A stretch of 64,000 nucleotides of DNA. It comes from Octopus bimaculoides (Eukaryota). The notes under the pieces are model-generated. The model did not search any database. It was not told the DNA's origin and worked only from the letters and a program-made list of their open reading frames with translations. The stretch lies in contig NC_068993.1 in the NCBI RefSeq assembly GCF_001194135.2, positions 25,601,059 to 25,665,058 of the forward strand, written 5' to 3'. Both the position numbers and the translations under genes were made by a program. Shown piece by piece: positions 12,811 to 25,630 of the stretch (its first letter is position 1; each line of letters opens with the position of its first letter).

Positions 12811-13700
12811 CTGAGGGGAAAAAGAAATATTAATATAAAACTCATAACAATAAAAAAAAGTATTGCTCTGTGGTCAGAATTTTCTCTGAATGAGAGAACA
12901 GATTTAGAAAGTAGAAAATTGTAGATTTGTTTTATCTTTTCTTATATCTTTAATCATAAAGAATGTAAGAATATCATACCATTGAGGACTGGAGTTCAAG
13001 CATAATGACTAATTGAAATGACATATTCACTGTCTTACACCAGCTGAGTATTGACACCATTTATAACTTAGGTACCACACTGTTGGGGTTCTTAGCAAAA
13101 AAGCGTTCAGTCACAGAATGCAGTTGCTTCATTGAACCTGGCTATCTCACTGTACCCTGGTCTACCAGATTGCTCTGGCAGGTTGTGAACAAGTGAGCAA
13201 CTGTCTGTATCACCCCATGACATGCTACACACAGTAATCAAATATCTCACAACTAGCAAACAGTCATTCTGGAAAAGGGAGAGATAAATATTTGATACTT
13301 CACCCACAAAATAAGCAGGTCAAAGGTCAAAGTTAAAATGCCTGAGATCCTTGGCTTGCTGGATCAGAGTTAACTTGAAACTAAACAACAACAAGCTCAA
13401 GAGATTGAGTTTACTTTTTGTGTATTTCACCAAAACATCCCACAAGGTTACTTAAATCAAATTATTATATAATGTATGAGGACACAATATTTACAGTACT
13501 TCTAGTTATATCAACAGTACCTTGTAGCCATATTAATATTAGCCGCGGATCTAGTCTTTCTCATTCACAAAATGGCACTCCCTTAATTTTGCTCAGATTG
13601 CTTTCAATTTTGGTGTATTGATACAACTCTGAATTTTGATTATGACCAACGAATCTTGTAAATTAAAGAATCTGATGTTATGGGAAATTTGGCTAATTTT

Positions 13701-13748
13701 AGCCAATCAACAGACAGCGTGACATTAGCAGCTTGTTACCATGGCAAC
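13701..13748 (-). promoter_or_regulatory. Clustered RFX X-box, CRE-like half site and CCAAT/Y-box
   Basis: GTTACCATGGCAAC 13735-13748; GCGTGACA ~13718-13725; AGCCAATCA 13701-13709; motif match only. Confidence 0.3.
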
Positions 13749-14699
13749 CACATGCTATGTTGTGGTTCACTGTTGTCTGTGCCACATTTGTTTATGTTGA
13801 TTTTTCACACTTAGTATTTTTACTTATTTTTCATCTCATATATTTTTGGGACTCATTGACTCAGATAGTTGGATTTATGATTTCACTAGGTTAATTCTAT
13901 TCATAAAATGTTAAATTAGGAGTATTTCTTAAAATGTTAGTTTCACATTTCAACAGCTTAACTGAAATTTAGCACACATAACATGAACAGAGAAACTGTG
14001 GGTGATACAAATAATTTGACATTACTTTTGAATTCTGCATGCAAAACATATAAGATACAGGTATTCTTTTCCTTGGGACAAATTCGTTGTTGACCAGTGT
14101 TATTCTTATCGTACTTTACAAATCCCAGCATGAAAACGTTACTCAATTTTAAAGTTTTGGAGACATACACCCCTTTACACACACACACACACACACACAT
14201 GCACTTATATATTAATGATGTACATAAATACATGGCAGGTATACATAACACTTGAAATAGGCATAAAGTAAACACATGCAGACAAATATATTAATATAAC
14301 AAATTTTAAAAAAATGATAAAACATACAATCAATGAAGAGACAAAAGAAACAGTGAGATGATACATGTTGATTTTATTAGGTATTTCTGGTTATTTAGAA
14401 ATCCACAAGGAACAGGTTAGATGATAAAATATAAATTTCACAGGGTACAACCTTAAAGTTGACACTGCTCTGCTAAACGCAGAACATTTCTGTCTTGCTA
14501 TTGGCTAAAAATATCCAGTTTTTTTCAATTTTTAAACCTCTGTAACTTTTTTCTCCACAATATCATACTTTCAAAGCAATGCGACTGGAAGGCTACATTA
14601 TTATAGCTGATTTTCAGATTTTTTACTTCCTTTTAAAAACTGCATATTTTGTGAATGAAAAAAAAAACTAGATCTGTAGCCTCTTGCTAGATCAAAGCA

Positions 14700-15115
14700 G
14701 CTTTCTTGACATACCAACACTACATTCCAGCCACACAAACACTATCTTCTAACCTTTACCATCATTATTACCTTCAAGCTATACCAACATTACTACCTAG
14801 CCATGGTAAAACTTGCTTCTAGCTATTTCAGTAATACATCCTAGCTGTATCAAAACTACTTCCTAACTATACCAACACTACAGGCTATACAAATACTACC
14901 TTCCATATACGAATGCTGTCTTGTAGCTATACTAATACTATCTTGTAGCTCAACAAGCACTATCTTGTTGCTATACTAACACTACCTGCTTGCTAGATCA
15001 ACACTACAGTCTAGGCATAGCAACACTACCTTCTAGCTATATAAAAATTATCTCCTAGCCACACGAACACTATCTTCTGACTTATACCAGTACTAGCTTG
15101 TAGTTATATCAACAC
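14700..15115. repeat. Degenerate ~21-22 bp minisatellite (CTAGCTATACCAACACTACCTT-like)
   Basis: Repeated ctagctata(c/t)caacacta(c/t)ctt units; a few related units at 17200-17330. Confidence 0.8.
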
Positions 15116-15475
15116 TGGTGGTAATTTAGCTCCTTCTATACAACAAGATATGATTTCAGCAGTCTTTACAGTAATTGTTTTAGTGCTTTTTACATCAGTT
15201 GCTCTATGGCTTGGAACATCCAATGTTAACAGAGTTTCATCCATGTTTGCTATGGGGCACAATTCAAATGAAACTCCTTTTCTTAACTGTTTGACAACTG
15301 GTGTTGGTGTGCTTACATCCCCATAACTTAGTGGTTTGGCAAAAGAGACAAATAAAACCAAGTTTAAAATAAAAAAAAAAAAGCACTGAGGTTGATTTAT
15401 TCATCTAAAATTCTTCCAGGCAATGCTCCAGCATGGCTGCAGTCAAATGACTGAAACAAGTAAAAGACAAAAAGT
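15100..15475 (+). mobile_element. SINE 3' part (octopus OR-like), decayed
   Basis: gacaactggtgttggtgtgcttacatccccataacttagtggtttggcaaaagagac...gctccagcatggctgcagtcaaatgactgaaacaagtaaaag; same family as 48032. Confidence 0.6.
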
Positions 15476-16407
15476 ATGTGATCCTCTTTGTGACACAAGT
15501 TACTATATTTGTAGAAACAGATAGTCTTTGCCTTCTCAAATCCACAACCCATTTAATATATTAAATATGTATATATAAGACCTTATCATTTTGCTTTTTT
15601 CCTTGCTGTAAATTGCATTTATCACTTTTAACAATTTTCAATTTTTCTTCTTGACTGAGTTAACAACAAATCATTTATTTATTTTTTACTAGCTAGTAGA
15701 AAACCAGAATGTCTTTCCGAAGCTCTATTTCCATGTGACTTTTTATCTCTTTTTTTTTTTGTTTTTATAATTAATTACACTTAATTTGAATTTAGTTATG
15801 TATGATAGTCTCTTTTCTTTAGATATCCTGAGGGTATGAAAAGGTAAAACAAAAAAAAATGAAGTAACAAACTATTTTGCTTTCTATGTTTTAGACACTT
15901 TGGCTTCCGGTTATGCATCCAACTGATGGTAAGCACATACCAGACAGCCAAGTAGCTAACAAAATTTTAAAAAATGATTAGGTGGTTGCCAACACTAATT
16001 GCATTAAGCACTTTGATTGGTCAACCACAAAGCGCATTTGAAATCCAAGGCAAGTACTCAGAAACAATTTTTTTTTTGTTAAAAATTAGGCCAGAAATTC
16101 ATCAATATTGAAAATGGCCTTATTCTACACTGTGTAATTTACAAGCTCTTTTACTGTCATTTGTTACTATAATATATTTTAAAAAACATTTCAGGGAGCA
16201 TTTATATGTTTTTAAAAGAAAAATATTTCTATTGATATAAATATAGTTGAACTGAATGCATTCTTATCTACATATATCTACCATAGAGCATGTGTATACC
16301 ATACATCATCATCATCATTGTCATATACTGCTGTTTATATATATATATATAATTATGTGTAAGGCTTCAACATGTAGAAAAGCACTTGATCAGCAAAGAG
16401 AATAAAG

Positions 16408-16808
16408 ATAATGTTTTAATAAAAACCACAAATCTTGTTAAATACAGCTACCCAGGTTTTCCTGGTCAAAATAATTTATTTTACCACTTTTCAAACTGAG
16501 AACAAGACCATTTGTCAGTTGTCTTTTGAGCAGATAGTGTTTAAATATTTTTCTTTTAAAAACATATAATACTCCCCAAAAGGTATGTCTGCATTTCAAG
16601 AAATACATCTTGTTAAATTTCAAATGTCTTTTTTTTTTCCTTGCCTTCTTCCTTACCAGTGTCTCTTGTTTAACTGTCATTTGCTCAAAAGACAACTGAC
16701 AAATGGTCTTGTTCTCGGTTTGAAAAATGGTGAAATAAATTATTATTTTGACCAGAAAACCCTGGGTAGCTGTATTTAGCAAGATTTGTGGTTTTATTAT
16801 AACATTAT
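16408..16808. mobile_element. Foldback/MITE-like element with ~135-bp terminal inverted repeats
   Basis: 16408-16545 is the near-perfect reverse complement of 16670-16808 (…aaatcttgttaaatacagctacccagg…caagaccatttgtcagttgtcttttgagc). Confidence 0.8.
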
Positions 16809-16844
16809 AAATAAATATATATATTATTCTTACCAAATTTAGAT

Positions 16845-16950
16845 TGGAGCCTGGTGTTGCCATCCGGTTTCACCAGTCCTCAGTCAAATCGTCCAACCCA
16901 TGCTAGCATGGAAAGCGGACGTTAAACGATGATGATGATGATGATGATGG
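16845..16950 (+). mobile_element. RTE-type LINE extreme 3' end with (GAT)n tail
   Basis: gattggagcctggtgttgccatccggtttcaccagtcctcagtcaaatcgtccaacccatgctagcatggaaagcggacgttaaacgatgatg. Confidence 0.8.
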
Positions 16951-17639
16951 TTCTTACCTTTGATGTATATGGCACAAGCATATAAGTTTTGGGGTAAAAA
17001 AAAAAATAGGTGTATCTTATTCATCAAAAAATACAGTACATACATTATATGAGAGACTACTTTCAGTTTTTGTCTACCATATCAGCTCTCAAGGTATTGG
17101 CCTGTTTTGGGGCCTTAATTGAAGGATGCCATGCTGTGAGACTGAACCCAAAACCACATGACCGGGAAGGAAACTTTTTAATCACACAGCCATACCTGCA
17201 GCTAGCTGTAATAACACTACCTTTTACTAATTAGTTGAGGCAGATTTTCTACAGCCAATACCAACCCTGTCACTTGCCTTCATCTGCTTGCAAGTTATAC
17301 CAATACTACCTTCTAACTAAAACAACAGTATTAAATATATCAAGATTATTTTCTATATCGAGCCTCCTATAGTTAAGTGATAGGTATATCTTTGTTTCAA
17401 ATAATGCCCAGTATGTTTTTTTTGCAGACACTTTGCTCCCTCTCTACAGATGACAGTAATGAATTCCTATGATGCTTCATCTTATCATTCATTCTTTTGG
17501 CTCTCTTTATCCAACTACCATTAATATAACTCAGAATGACTTATGTATGTTCTCTTCTGTTTTTAACTATTTAAATTCTTCCTCTAAGGAAGGAGCTGGT
17601 TTCTAACAAGGATATAAAACACTATCATTGGAATGTAGA

Positions 17640-20600
17640 CAATGAAAACAAGGCCACATTTTAAATTTTAAAAAAAGCTTGCGTATTTTTACTGCTCACT
17701 TACATAATGCATTTGTAATGCGCGAGCTTGTTGGTTGATTTGTTTTTATGGAAATCTTAGTTTATCCAGACTGTCAATTAGACATTTACTCACAAAACCA
17801 AGTGTACCAATTACTACTGGTATAAATGTAAATTTGTAATCTGGATTTGGAAGCTGCAGGTTTCAAAGCAGTTGTCTATAGTTATCTTCTTTCACTTTGA
17901 TTTTCAAATAGATATTCACATCAACAGGACAGCTAACCTCTATGACTCTACATACTTTGTTTTGTCAGTCTCAAACAACAATATCCGGCCTGTTGTGCTT
18001 ACATTTGACAAATGCTTTGATGGAAATGTTCCACTGGTATTCCTTGAGTTGATGCTTGTGTATCCAATAATAGGAGATGCTCCTTATTTATTCCAGGAAA
18101 GTATTTTTTCTGAATGACATTGTATATTGTTTTCTCAACAAAGTTGTGTCACATTGGGAGATAGTACCCTGATGACATTTTTGGGCATCTGCTAATCACA
18201 TGTTTAATGTCTTCCACTGAAATATGACATTATCTACATTTTTGGCTGCATCTTGCAGTTCCAAGGGCTTTACTGTCTCTTTTGTTGATTAGATATTTTG
18301 TAGCAACCTCATGTTCTTGGATTGCAAAAGCATAGCTTTTGAAGTGTGATGTCTGATGTGATGTAGGGATCACAATATTACTGTTGATATTACTGTCTTC
18401 TTCAAGTTTTGGGGAAACATGTCCATGCATAGTGTTATTTAGTATGCTGAGAGTTTCACATTTAGATCTTCTTTAAGATATTATGTTAGTCCAGCTGTTT
18501 TGAGGTTGTATGGGAGGTCATCAGGAAGAGAGTGCTTCCTGAGGAGCTCACTGCCAGCATATAAGAAATTGTTCTCATTACTTTTGACTACTAAATTAAA
18601 GTATTTATTTTTGATATTGTTCTTTAGCAAGTGGCATCTGAGAAACTATATGACATCCAAAAGCTCTCTGCACTGACCTCAAGTCTCTGCCTCCTTTATC
18701 TCTTCTTAGGTAGAGTCTGTTGATATCATTATTCTTGTGGAGATTTCCATTTGATGTCAGTATCTTGCAGTCTTCAACATCTATGGGGTAGATTTCTTCT
18801 ACAGATCAATCAAGTAACCCAACTGCTGGAATCAGCACTGGTATTGCATATGCATTGTGGGATATTGTCTTGCTATAAGAAGAGAGTTCCAACTGCAATA
18901 TTTTATAATTTTGAGTCACTCTATCTTTATTCACAGTACCATTGTATGATAGTTTTCATCCATGCCTAGGCACTTGTAGCATTCTTTGTGTGGGACAGGA
19001 GAGATTGCAAGCCCATTGATGCATAGGTTTTGACTCAGGAGGACTGATTTTCCCCATTCAACATTCAACTAATTGACCAAATTTCATTCCTATTTCAAGT
19101 GAAATGCTGTTATTAATTCCAGATTTTTTTTTGGGGGGGGGGGGNNNNNNNNNNNCAATGCCCCCCCCCCCGCAAAAAACATAAACCTTGAGGTCATCCA
19201 CAAAGAAATTATGGGTTACATGAATATCTCTAACAGTTGTAGACCTTAGCATGTAGCCGCTTAATTTTTCTATCTGGAATTATAATGGTCTAATGCTAAA
19301 ATGGACAGAAAGACTATCTCCTTGGAATATTCCCTTTGTAACATTGGAGACAATTGTCCCACTCTCAGTTCTATATGTAAGAATTGTTGCCCAAGTTTTT
19401 GTGGACCTCTCGATGGCGGCAATTAAGATAGCAGGCACTTTTGCCAAATAGAGACACTTCATCAGCCATAAGTGGGGAACAGAGTCAAATGCTTTCTTAT
19501 GAAGAAGCCATACTGCTGTAAGGCTCCTATGATATTTTTTCTAACTTCAGACAGTATAGCTTTGTTTATCAAAAAATTGTTCAGCACATCCCCACACTCC
19601 ATTCTCTCCACCTGCCTACTCATCAGTTACTATGTTGTTAGATTTGAGGCAGTTTATGTACAGTTTATACACAATTTTTAGGTAAGCAATGGGCCTATAG
19701 TTTCCAGCCAACTTGGTGGTTTCATTCTTGGCAATAAGATTTGTCCATGCTATAGTAAACCAATTTGGTTTGTCAATTTGACCTTCTATAGTGCTTCTGT
19801 ATATATATATATTAATAGTTTTCCATAAAATGTCAGCCTCTTATACCAATATCCAATTATTAGGCTCCTTGCAGGTGCCCTCCCATGATACAGTTTGCAG
19901 ACAGCTATGGTCAAAGTATCAATGCATGTGTTTTACTGTTGATGTTGCTACAGTGGTCTCTCCTTACTGTAATTAGCCATGATGCATGAAGGTTGAGATC
20001 TCTTTTTCGCCCCAGATTTCCAATTAGAATCAATCAAGATCTTGAGTGGGAGCTTCCTTAATGGTAATATTTTCCCTCCTCATCTCTCCTTTGTGAGTTA
20101 GAAGCAAACTTGTGATTTATGTAGGTTCATTCAAAAATTCACCTGTAGTAGTGAAGATTTTGGCTCAGTTTCCTGAGTTTGTGCTTTAGAGCAACTAACC
20201 TTCTTTCAAGAGCTAGGTGTGTAAAGAATCATCACAGAGTTTACTTAATTTATTCATAAGATGTAACTGATGAGGTGGAAACTCATTTTCCTTCTTACAT
20301 TTTATTATCGTGGTTAATCATCCTACATGATGGCACAGATTGTTGATGTTTTCTTCAAGGTTTGTTTCCCACCTAGGTTGTTTCCATTTAGTAATTTCAT
20401 TACCAATTACATTGCAGATTTGTATAGCTGTGTATATGAGAGTATTAGTATTCCTGTTATTAACATCACATGATTCCATGTGTTCTCCAGCAAGATCATT
20501 GATAACTTTCAACATTAGAGCTGTTGAATCTTTTTTAAAATCTTATTAGGAATGACCTATCACTTAACAATAATTTCAAAAAGTGAAAAGCTATCAGATT

Positions 20601-22390
20601 GTTTTTTGTTGCTGTCCCAATTTTCTATTTTTTAAAATTTTGTTCCAATTATTTTCAAATTTGGTGTATTGATGTAGTTTTGTATGTTAATTATAGAAAT
20701 GAAATTCATTTTGGTCATAAGTTAATAAATAAATAAATAAAAAGTTAATAACTTTTAAAGTTTGAAAATTTTGGTTAATTTTATCCAATTGAAAGCCACA
20801 GATACATTAGTGCCTGTTCCCATAGTAATAAACCAAGTTGTAGTCTACTCCTGAAAAAGATACAGCAAGTGTGTGCCTGTCAGAAAAGATATATAGTTGG
20901 AAGGTGACACCCATCCTCTTAGGAGTGTACTGCTATTTTACCTTTATTCATGGGTCAAGGACTTCAGTTTGGTTTTGTGTTGAACTAATTACAACAGCTC
21001 CACAACCCAGATAGGTGGTCCTGGGGAGATTGTTAAGATAAACAAAACAGTTTTCACAAGATGTAAAAATAACCGAGGAAGGGTATTTGTTACCTGGGCA
21101 TTGAGTTTTTGGAGAAGTGTGTCATGAGACCAGACATGTTTTGCTTTACGTGGTGCCGTATCAGAATTGTGACTCATAAGAGGAATGCATACAACAGTTG
21201 ATCCTTCCAGGATCCACAATTTTGAGTGACATGTGGAGAGCCTATTCTCACATTCCTAAAATTGATTATAATTTTTGACATAGAACAGTGAACCACAGTG
21301 CTGAGTTTATTAATTCGAAAGATATTACCAGCATGCAACAAGTGGGTTTGTATAAAATGAGGGAATAAACAATACTGCAGGACCCACCGTTCTGTGGGTG
21401 ACTCATATGTCTGAGTTTATGCGACATAAGAGACAATGAAAATTGTAATTTGTTTGACAAACCCTGAGAGTGTATCTCACTTTTGTTTTTTAAGTTTTGC
21501 AACAAAAAATGTACTGTTCACATGAACTGAACTATTACTACAGTAGTATAATGTACAATTTGCTTTGTTTATTTTACTATTTTTCACAAAAAAAAATTTC
21601 ATTGAGGATTTTTCTTTCTTAAATTGTTAACATGTCTGTTTTATTATTTCACATCACTTTATTCATTAAAACTTATTAAAACTTTAAACTGCGAGAGTAA
21701 CAGAAAAGATCCAAGTTTCCTAGGAACAGTGGTTTCAGAATGTTTCTAAGTTGAGTATATTCCATAATTGTCTCTATTGACTCAGCTACATTTGGAGAGG
21801 CACACAAATTTAATGATGCTGGCAACAGTTTGTTTACATTATTTTTGATCCCTTTTCTGGCAGGTTTGACCAGTTCTGTTTCTATTTTTGAGAAGATTGA
21901 TTTACATCGCTAAAGCAAGACACTTTTTCTAAAGAAGAATGCTTGTTGTCAAAATTGTTTCACAATTCTTAAATTAGGGTGAACTTCATCCCAGTATTTT
22001 TTTTAACTGCTTCATATATCCAATAGAAGGGTCTTCACAAGCTTTTTCATAGCATCAAAGTAGATGCAAAATCCAAAGTTCTTGTGGCTTCTCAGATAGC
22101 TTACTGGTGCTGTAGTGCTTGTTTCATTGGTAATGGTGTTATCAATTTCAGCCATGATTATACCAGTGAACTTACTCATTGCATAAGGTATATTTCTTTT
22201 GAATCCAGTCTGAATAGTGCTGTGTTGGCAAGTAAAGGGTGTTTCTCTTATTCATAATGGAAAAAAATAAACCAGTTACTGATTTAAGCTGGAGGAGTTG
22301 GCATAAATGTAGATGGAAACATTCTGAAAGAAAAATGTAATTTTAAAGTGTCCTCTACACCTGCACGTCTGACGCTAACGGCACCATATT
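17640..22390 (-). mobile_element. Near full-length R4/Dong-clade non-LTR retrotransposon (RT + restriction-like endonuclease), decayed, split by a Merlin insertion
   Basis: N-terminal CYEKACEDPSIGYMKQL/KYWDEVHPNL (~22050-21980); RT motifs KAFDSVPH, GIFQGDSLS, FFVDDLKVY, LEIGMKFG (19500-19080); RLE domain KHNRPDIVV...VIEVSCPVDVN...FIPVVIGTLGFV (18050-17790); many stops and frameshifts; boundaries approximate. Confidence 0.85.
21011..21440 (+). mobile_element. Merlin (IS1595/ISXO2-like) transposase pseudogene
   Basis: IGGPGEIVKINKTVFTRCKNNRGR, GH*VFGEVCHET, ILPGSTILSDMWRAY, HRTVNHSAEF, SHMSEFM: hallmark Merlin DDE motifs; element ends not resolved (approximately 20600-21680). Confidence 0.85.
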
Positions 22391-22431
22391 GTTTGTTTGT
22401 TTGTTTGTTTGTTTGTTTGTTTGTTTGTATG

Positions 22432-22467
<36 letters not shown>

Positions 22468-22469
22468 TG
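22389..22469. repeat. (TTTG)n(TATG)n compound microsatellite
   Basis: Direct reading. Confidence 0.9.
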
Positions 22470-22777
22470 CAATCATAAAAAAACAGACATTAAATGGTGA
22501 TGATGATGATGATGTAAATATGCATTCAAAGGATCTCCATAATTTGATGATGAGAATTCAGTTGTTCACTTATTTGAATTACCTACCCCTGAATTAACAT
22601 GTAAGTGGTTGAATATTCCACAGACACAGGTACCATTTATTGTAACTCTCAGGTAGAATCAATGTGACACAGTGTATGACAAGGCTTTATCTTTTGAATT
22701 ACATGTACAATCCACCAGATTGGTTTCTATACAGTGTGTCTGTTTGTCTGTCTCTCTCACTCTACACACACACACAG

Positions 22778-22826
<49 letters not shown>

Positions 22827-23437
22827 CACACACACACATGCACACACGCACACACATACACACACACATGCATATTATATATGGTTACAAACAAACTTGC
22901 TCAACCTATACTACACACCACTTATAGAATTACAGAATTACTTATTGATTTTTTTATGCATTTGCTTTTATGGATAAGATTTTGGAACCAAATGGTCACT
23001 TTTTAATCATCATGATCATAATCCAGTTCATTTATATTACTCTTTTGGTCAGTTGCACAGAAAAGATACTTGGTGCCTGGGGGAAAATATATTTTGGTGA
23101 TCAAACCTTAATTAGTAGATGCGACAAGCCAAAGGGTATTGTATGTCTCTTCACACCTACACACAGGAAGAGTTTCACTGCTTCCAGTTCTCTCCGGTTA
23201 CATCTATGCTCATACATGTTTCATGGTTCACTGAATCATTTCTTCATATCTTTCGATGCTTCTTTTTTTCCCTCTCATCAAACACTTTTACAATATTCTC
23301 AAGTCTGTGTTTAACCATTTCCTTTCAAGTCTTCATTGTTCTTTCACAGTTACATTTCAGCACACAAGCCACTGATGTTATTCAGCTGGTATCGTGTATT
23401 TCCAAGTGCATACCAATGTAATTGTCTTTTCCATATG

Positions 23438-24273
23438 CAGGGAGCAATGGGTAAATTGTCACCACTTTATACTTTTAATTTCCCACATGCACATTGTTTG
23501 CTTTGATTTTGTCAACTACACAGTATAGTAGGGTCAGTTGGGCACCATCTGTGAGAAAAACAGCACCATGACACAATTCACTCTGCCAGAAATTTGGAAA
23601 CAACATGCTATACTGCCTGGCATTCATACTGGAAGTGATAAAAATTGTGCTGAGAGTGATAAAATCAAACATTCAATCAACATCAAGATGTTTGGAGTGA
23701 TCACTAGTGATGGCAACATTATGCCTCCATTCATCTTCCCACACAGATTCAGACTGAACACAGAAGTCAACATCAAGTGCCTGGAGGAGGTAGTGCTGCC
23801 CTGGGTCAAGAGGATGATTGCTGGAAGACATTATGTCTGGCAACAGGACTCTGCACCATGCCACACAAGCAGGAGAACCCAGTCATGGCTGTCAGACAAT
23901 TTCTACGACCACATCACCCCTAACATCTGACCACCTAATTCCCCAGACTGTAACCCCCTTGATTATTATATGTGGGGCACAGTTGAGCAAGAGACCAACA
24001 AAACTCCTTGTAGCACTAAAGATGAACTGAAGGCAAGGATTATGACAGCATTCACCAAATTAAACAAGGAGGCCACCCAGAAGAGTTGCAGGAGGTTCCG
24101 AAGTTGTCTAGAGGCCGTGGTTGAAACCAATGGCAATTTTATTGAATAAATTCACTCCTTAGTATTTCAAAATATTTTTTATGTAATTTTGGTAAATATA
24201 TCTGCTAAAATTAGATGTCAGTGTTATTTTCATTTTTGCATAATTTAGACGATAATTTATTCACCGCACCCTG
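23438..24273 (+). mobile_element. Internally deleted maT/DD37D Tc1-mariner element with both TIRs
   Basis: TIRs CAGGGAGCAATGGGTAAATTGTC / GATAATTTATTCACCGCACCCTG + TA; MFGVITSDGNIMPPFIF...VWQQDSAPCH...PPNSPDCNPLDY with 37 residues between the 2nd and 3rd Asp. Confidence 0.9.
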
Positions 24274-25504
24274 TACATTGACCAATGCCATGACCAGCTG
24301 CCTTCTCACTCATTGTTTTTCCTAAAGTAACATAACATATCCAACTAACTTAAATTTCACCCATTTCCCTCCTCAAGCTGACGTTTGGAACTGTGAAATT
24401 TTACCCAATTGGGACAGAGGACAAATTAAATCATACTTAAAATTTTGATAATTCTTACATCTTCCTTTGTACTCTTATTTTATTCACTGTCATACAAAGT
24501 CAAGCAACATGTAATACTAACAAACAAAAGAATTATAACGATTAAAGCTGTTACATTTTCTGTTTTCTTTTTTCTTTTTTCCTAATTCACTTTTTCTTCA
24601 CTGTTTGTGAGATCAGTAGTTCTGAAGCCTTTACAGGTCAGTATTCTTGAACTTTGGGTCATTCCTTCATGCTTTATCAGTTGTGTCCATGCAATAGATT
24701 TTCTTTTACCACACAACACAACAACTCATCATCATGTCTAAATGTCTATTAATGCTCTTCACTGAAACCATTATTCAGAATGATATATGTGCCAATAACA
24801 ACACAATAAAATTTAAAATAGCAATAATTCATTTGTAGTTATTTTTAAATATAATTGATGAATTTGACTCAATGGATCAACAGCTCTCTAAAGTCCTATG
24901 GTCATTAACATCAGTCTTAGATGCTACAACCAAATATCTTCTGAGTAACTACTTCCTATTTTGATAAAATTTCATTGTGATAGACAAATGAAGCATGCTA
25001 TTTTGTATCACAACGTCATAAGGACCTCTAATATGCACTTGTCAGTCAACACATCTTTAGTTTATTCCACCAACCTACACTGCTGGTATTATCTAACAGG
25101 ATAATTGTTTTTACCAAACATTAGTGTTTGCCTCTTTTTACTAGTTAACCATTCAATCATCTTTTGCAGCAATGATAGTTAAGACAAAATAATCATTACT
25201 TCTTGCAGAATAGGTACCATACTGTTCAAAAAGTAATAAAGAGCAAAGCTTCCTTTCTAGATTCCTTCTACAATTCTCTGTTTTCTTAACTAAATATCAA
25301 CCCAGTGTAATTCTTGAAATGACATTTAATTTTGGTAAATATTTCAACAGCATATTTTATATACACAAAATGATAGCAGAATCTAATTTTCTAAAGATTT
25401 TACATGAGAGAATACAATAGTAATACGGGTCTTTTAGAAGTGAAGTTCCCAGTTTGATTTATTTTCAACATCTAAATAGGATGACTTTAGTAATATTAAC
25501 TTAC

Positions 25505-25630
25505 CAGAACAGGAATATCCATTTGCTGCCAAGACATATTTCTCTGGTTCACACTCACAATGATGAGAGCCGATAGTGTTGATGCAGATTTGGGCACAGT
25601 TACCATTACTGCTAAGGCATTCATTGACGT
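25505..25630 (-). CDS. Exon C: calcium-binding EGF domain 2
   Basis: tttttcatgtttag|AC...CTG|gtaagt; 126 nt, phase 1-1; DVNECLSSNGNCAQICINTIGSHHCECEPEKYVLAANGYSCS. Confidence 0.95.

Noticed and set aside
13300-14700. Possible non-autonomous DNA transposon
   Set aside because: The sequence looks repeat-like, but I could not identify matching TIRs or a TSD, so it is not called as a feature.
19131-19171. Poly-G / N / poly-C stretch that looks like a G-quadruplex or hairpin
   Set aside because: It flanks an N gap inside the R4 RT region and is most likely a sequencing or assembly artefact.
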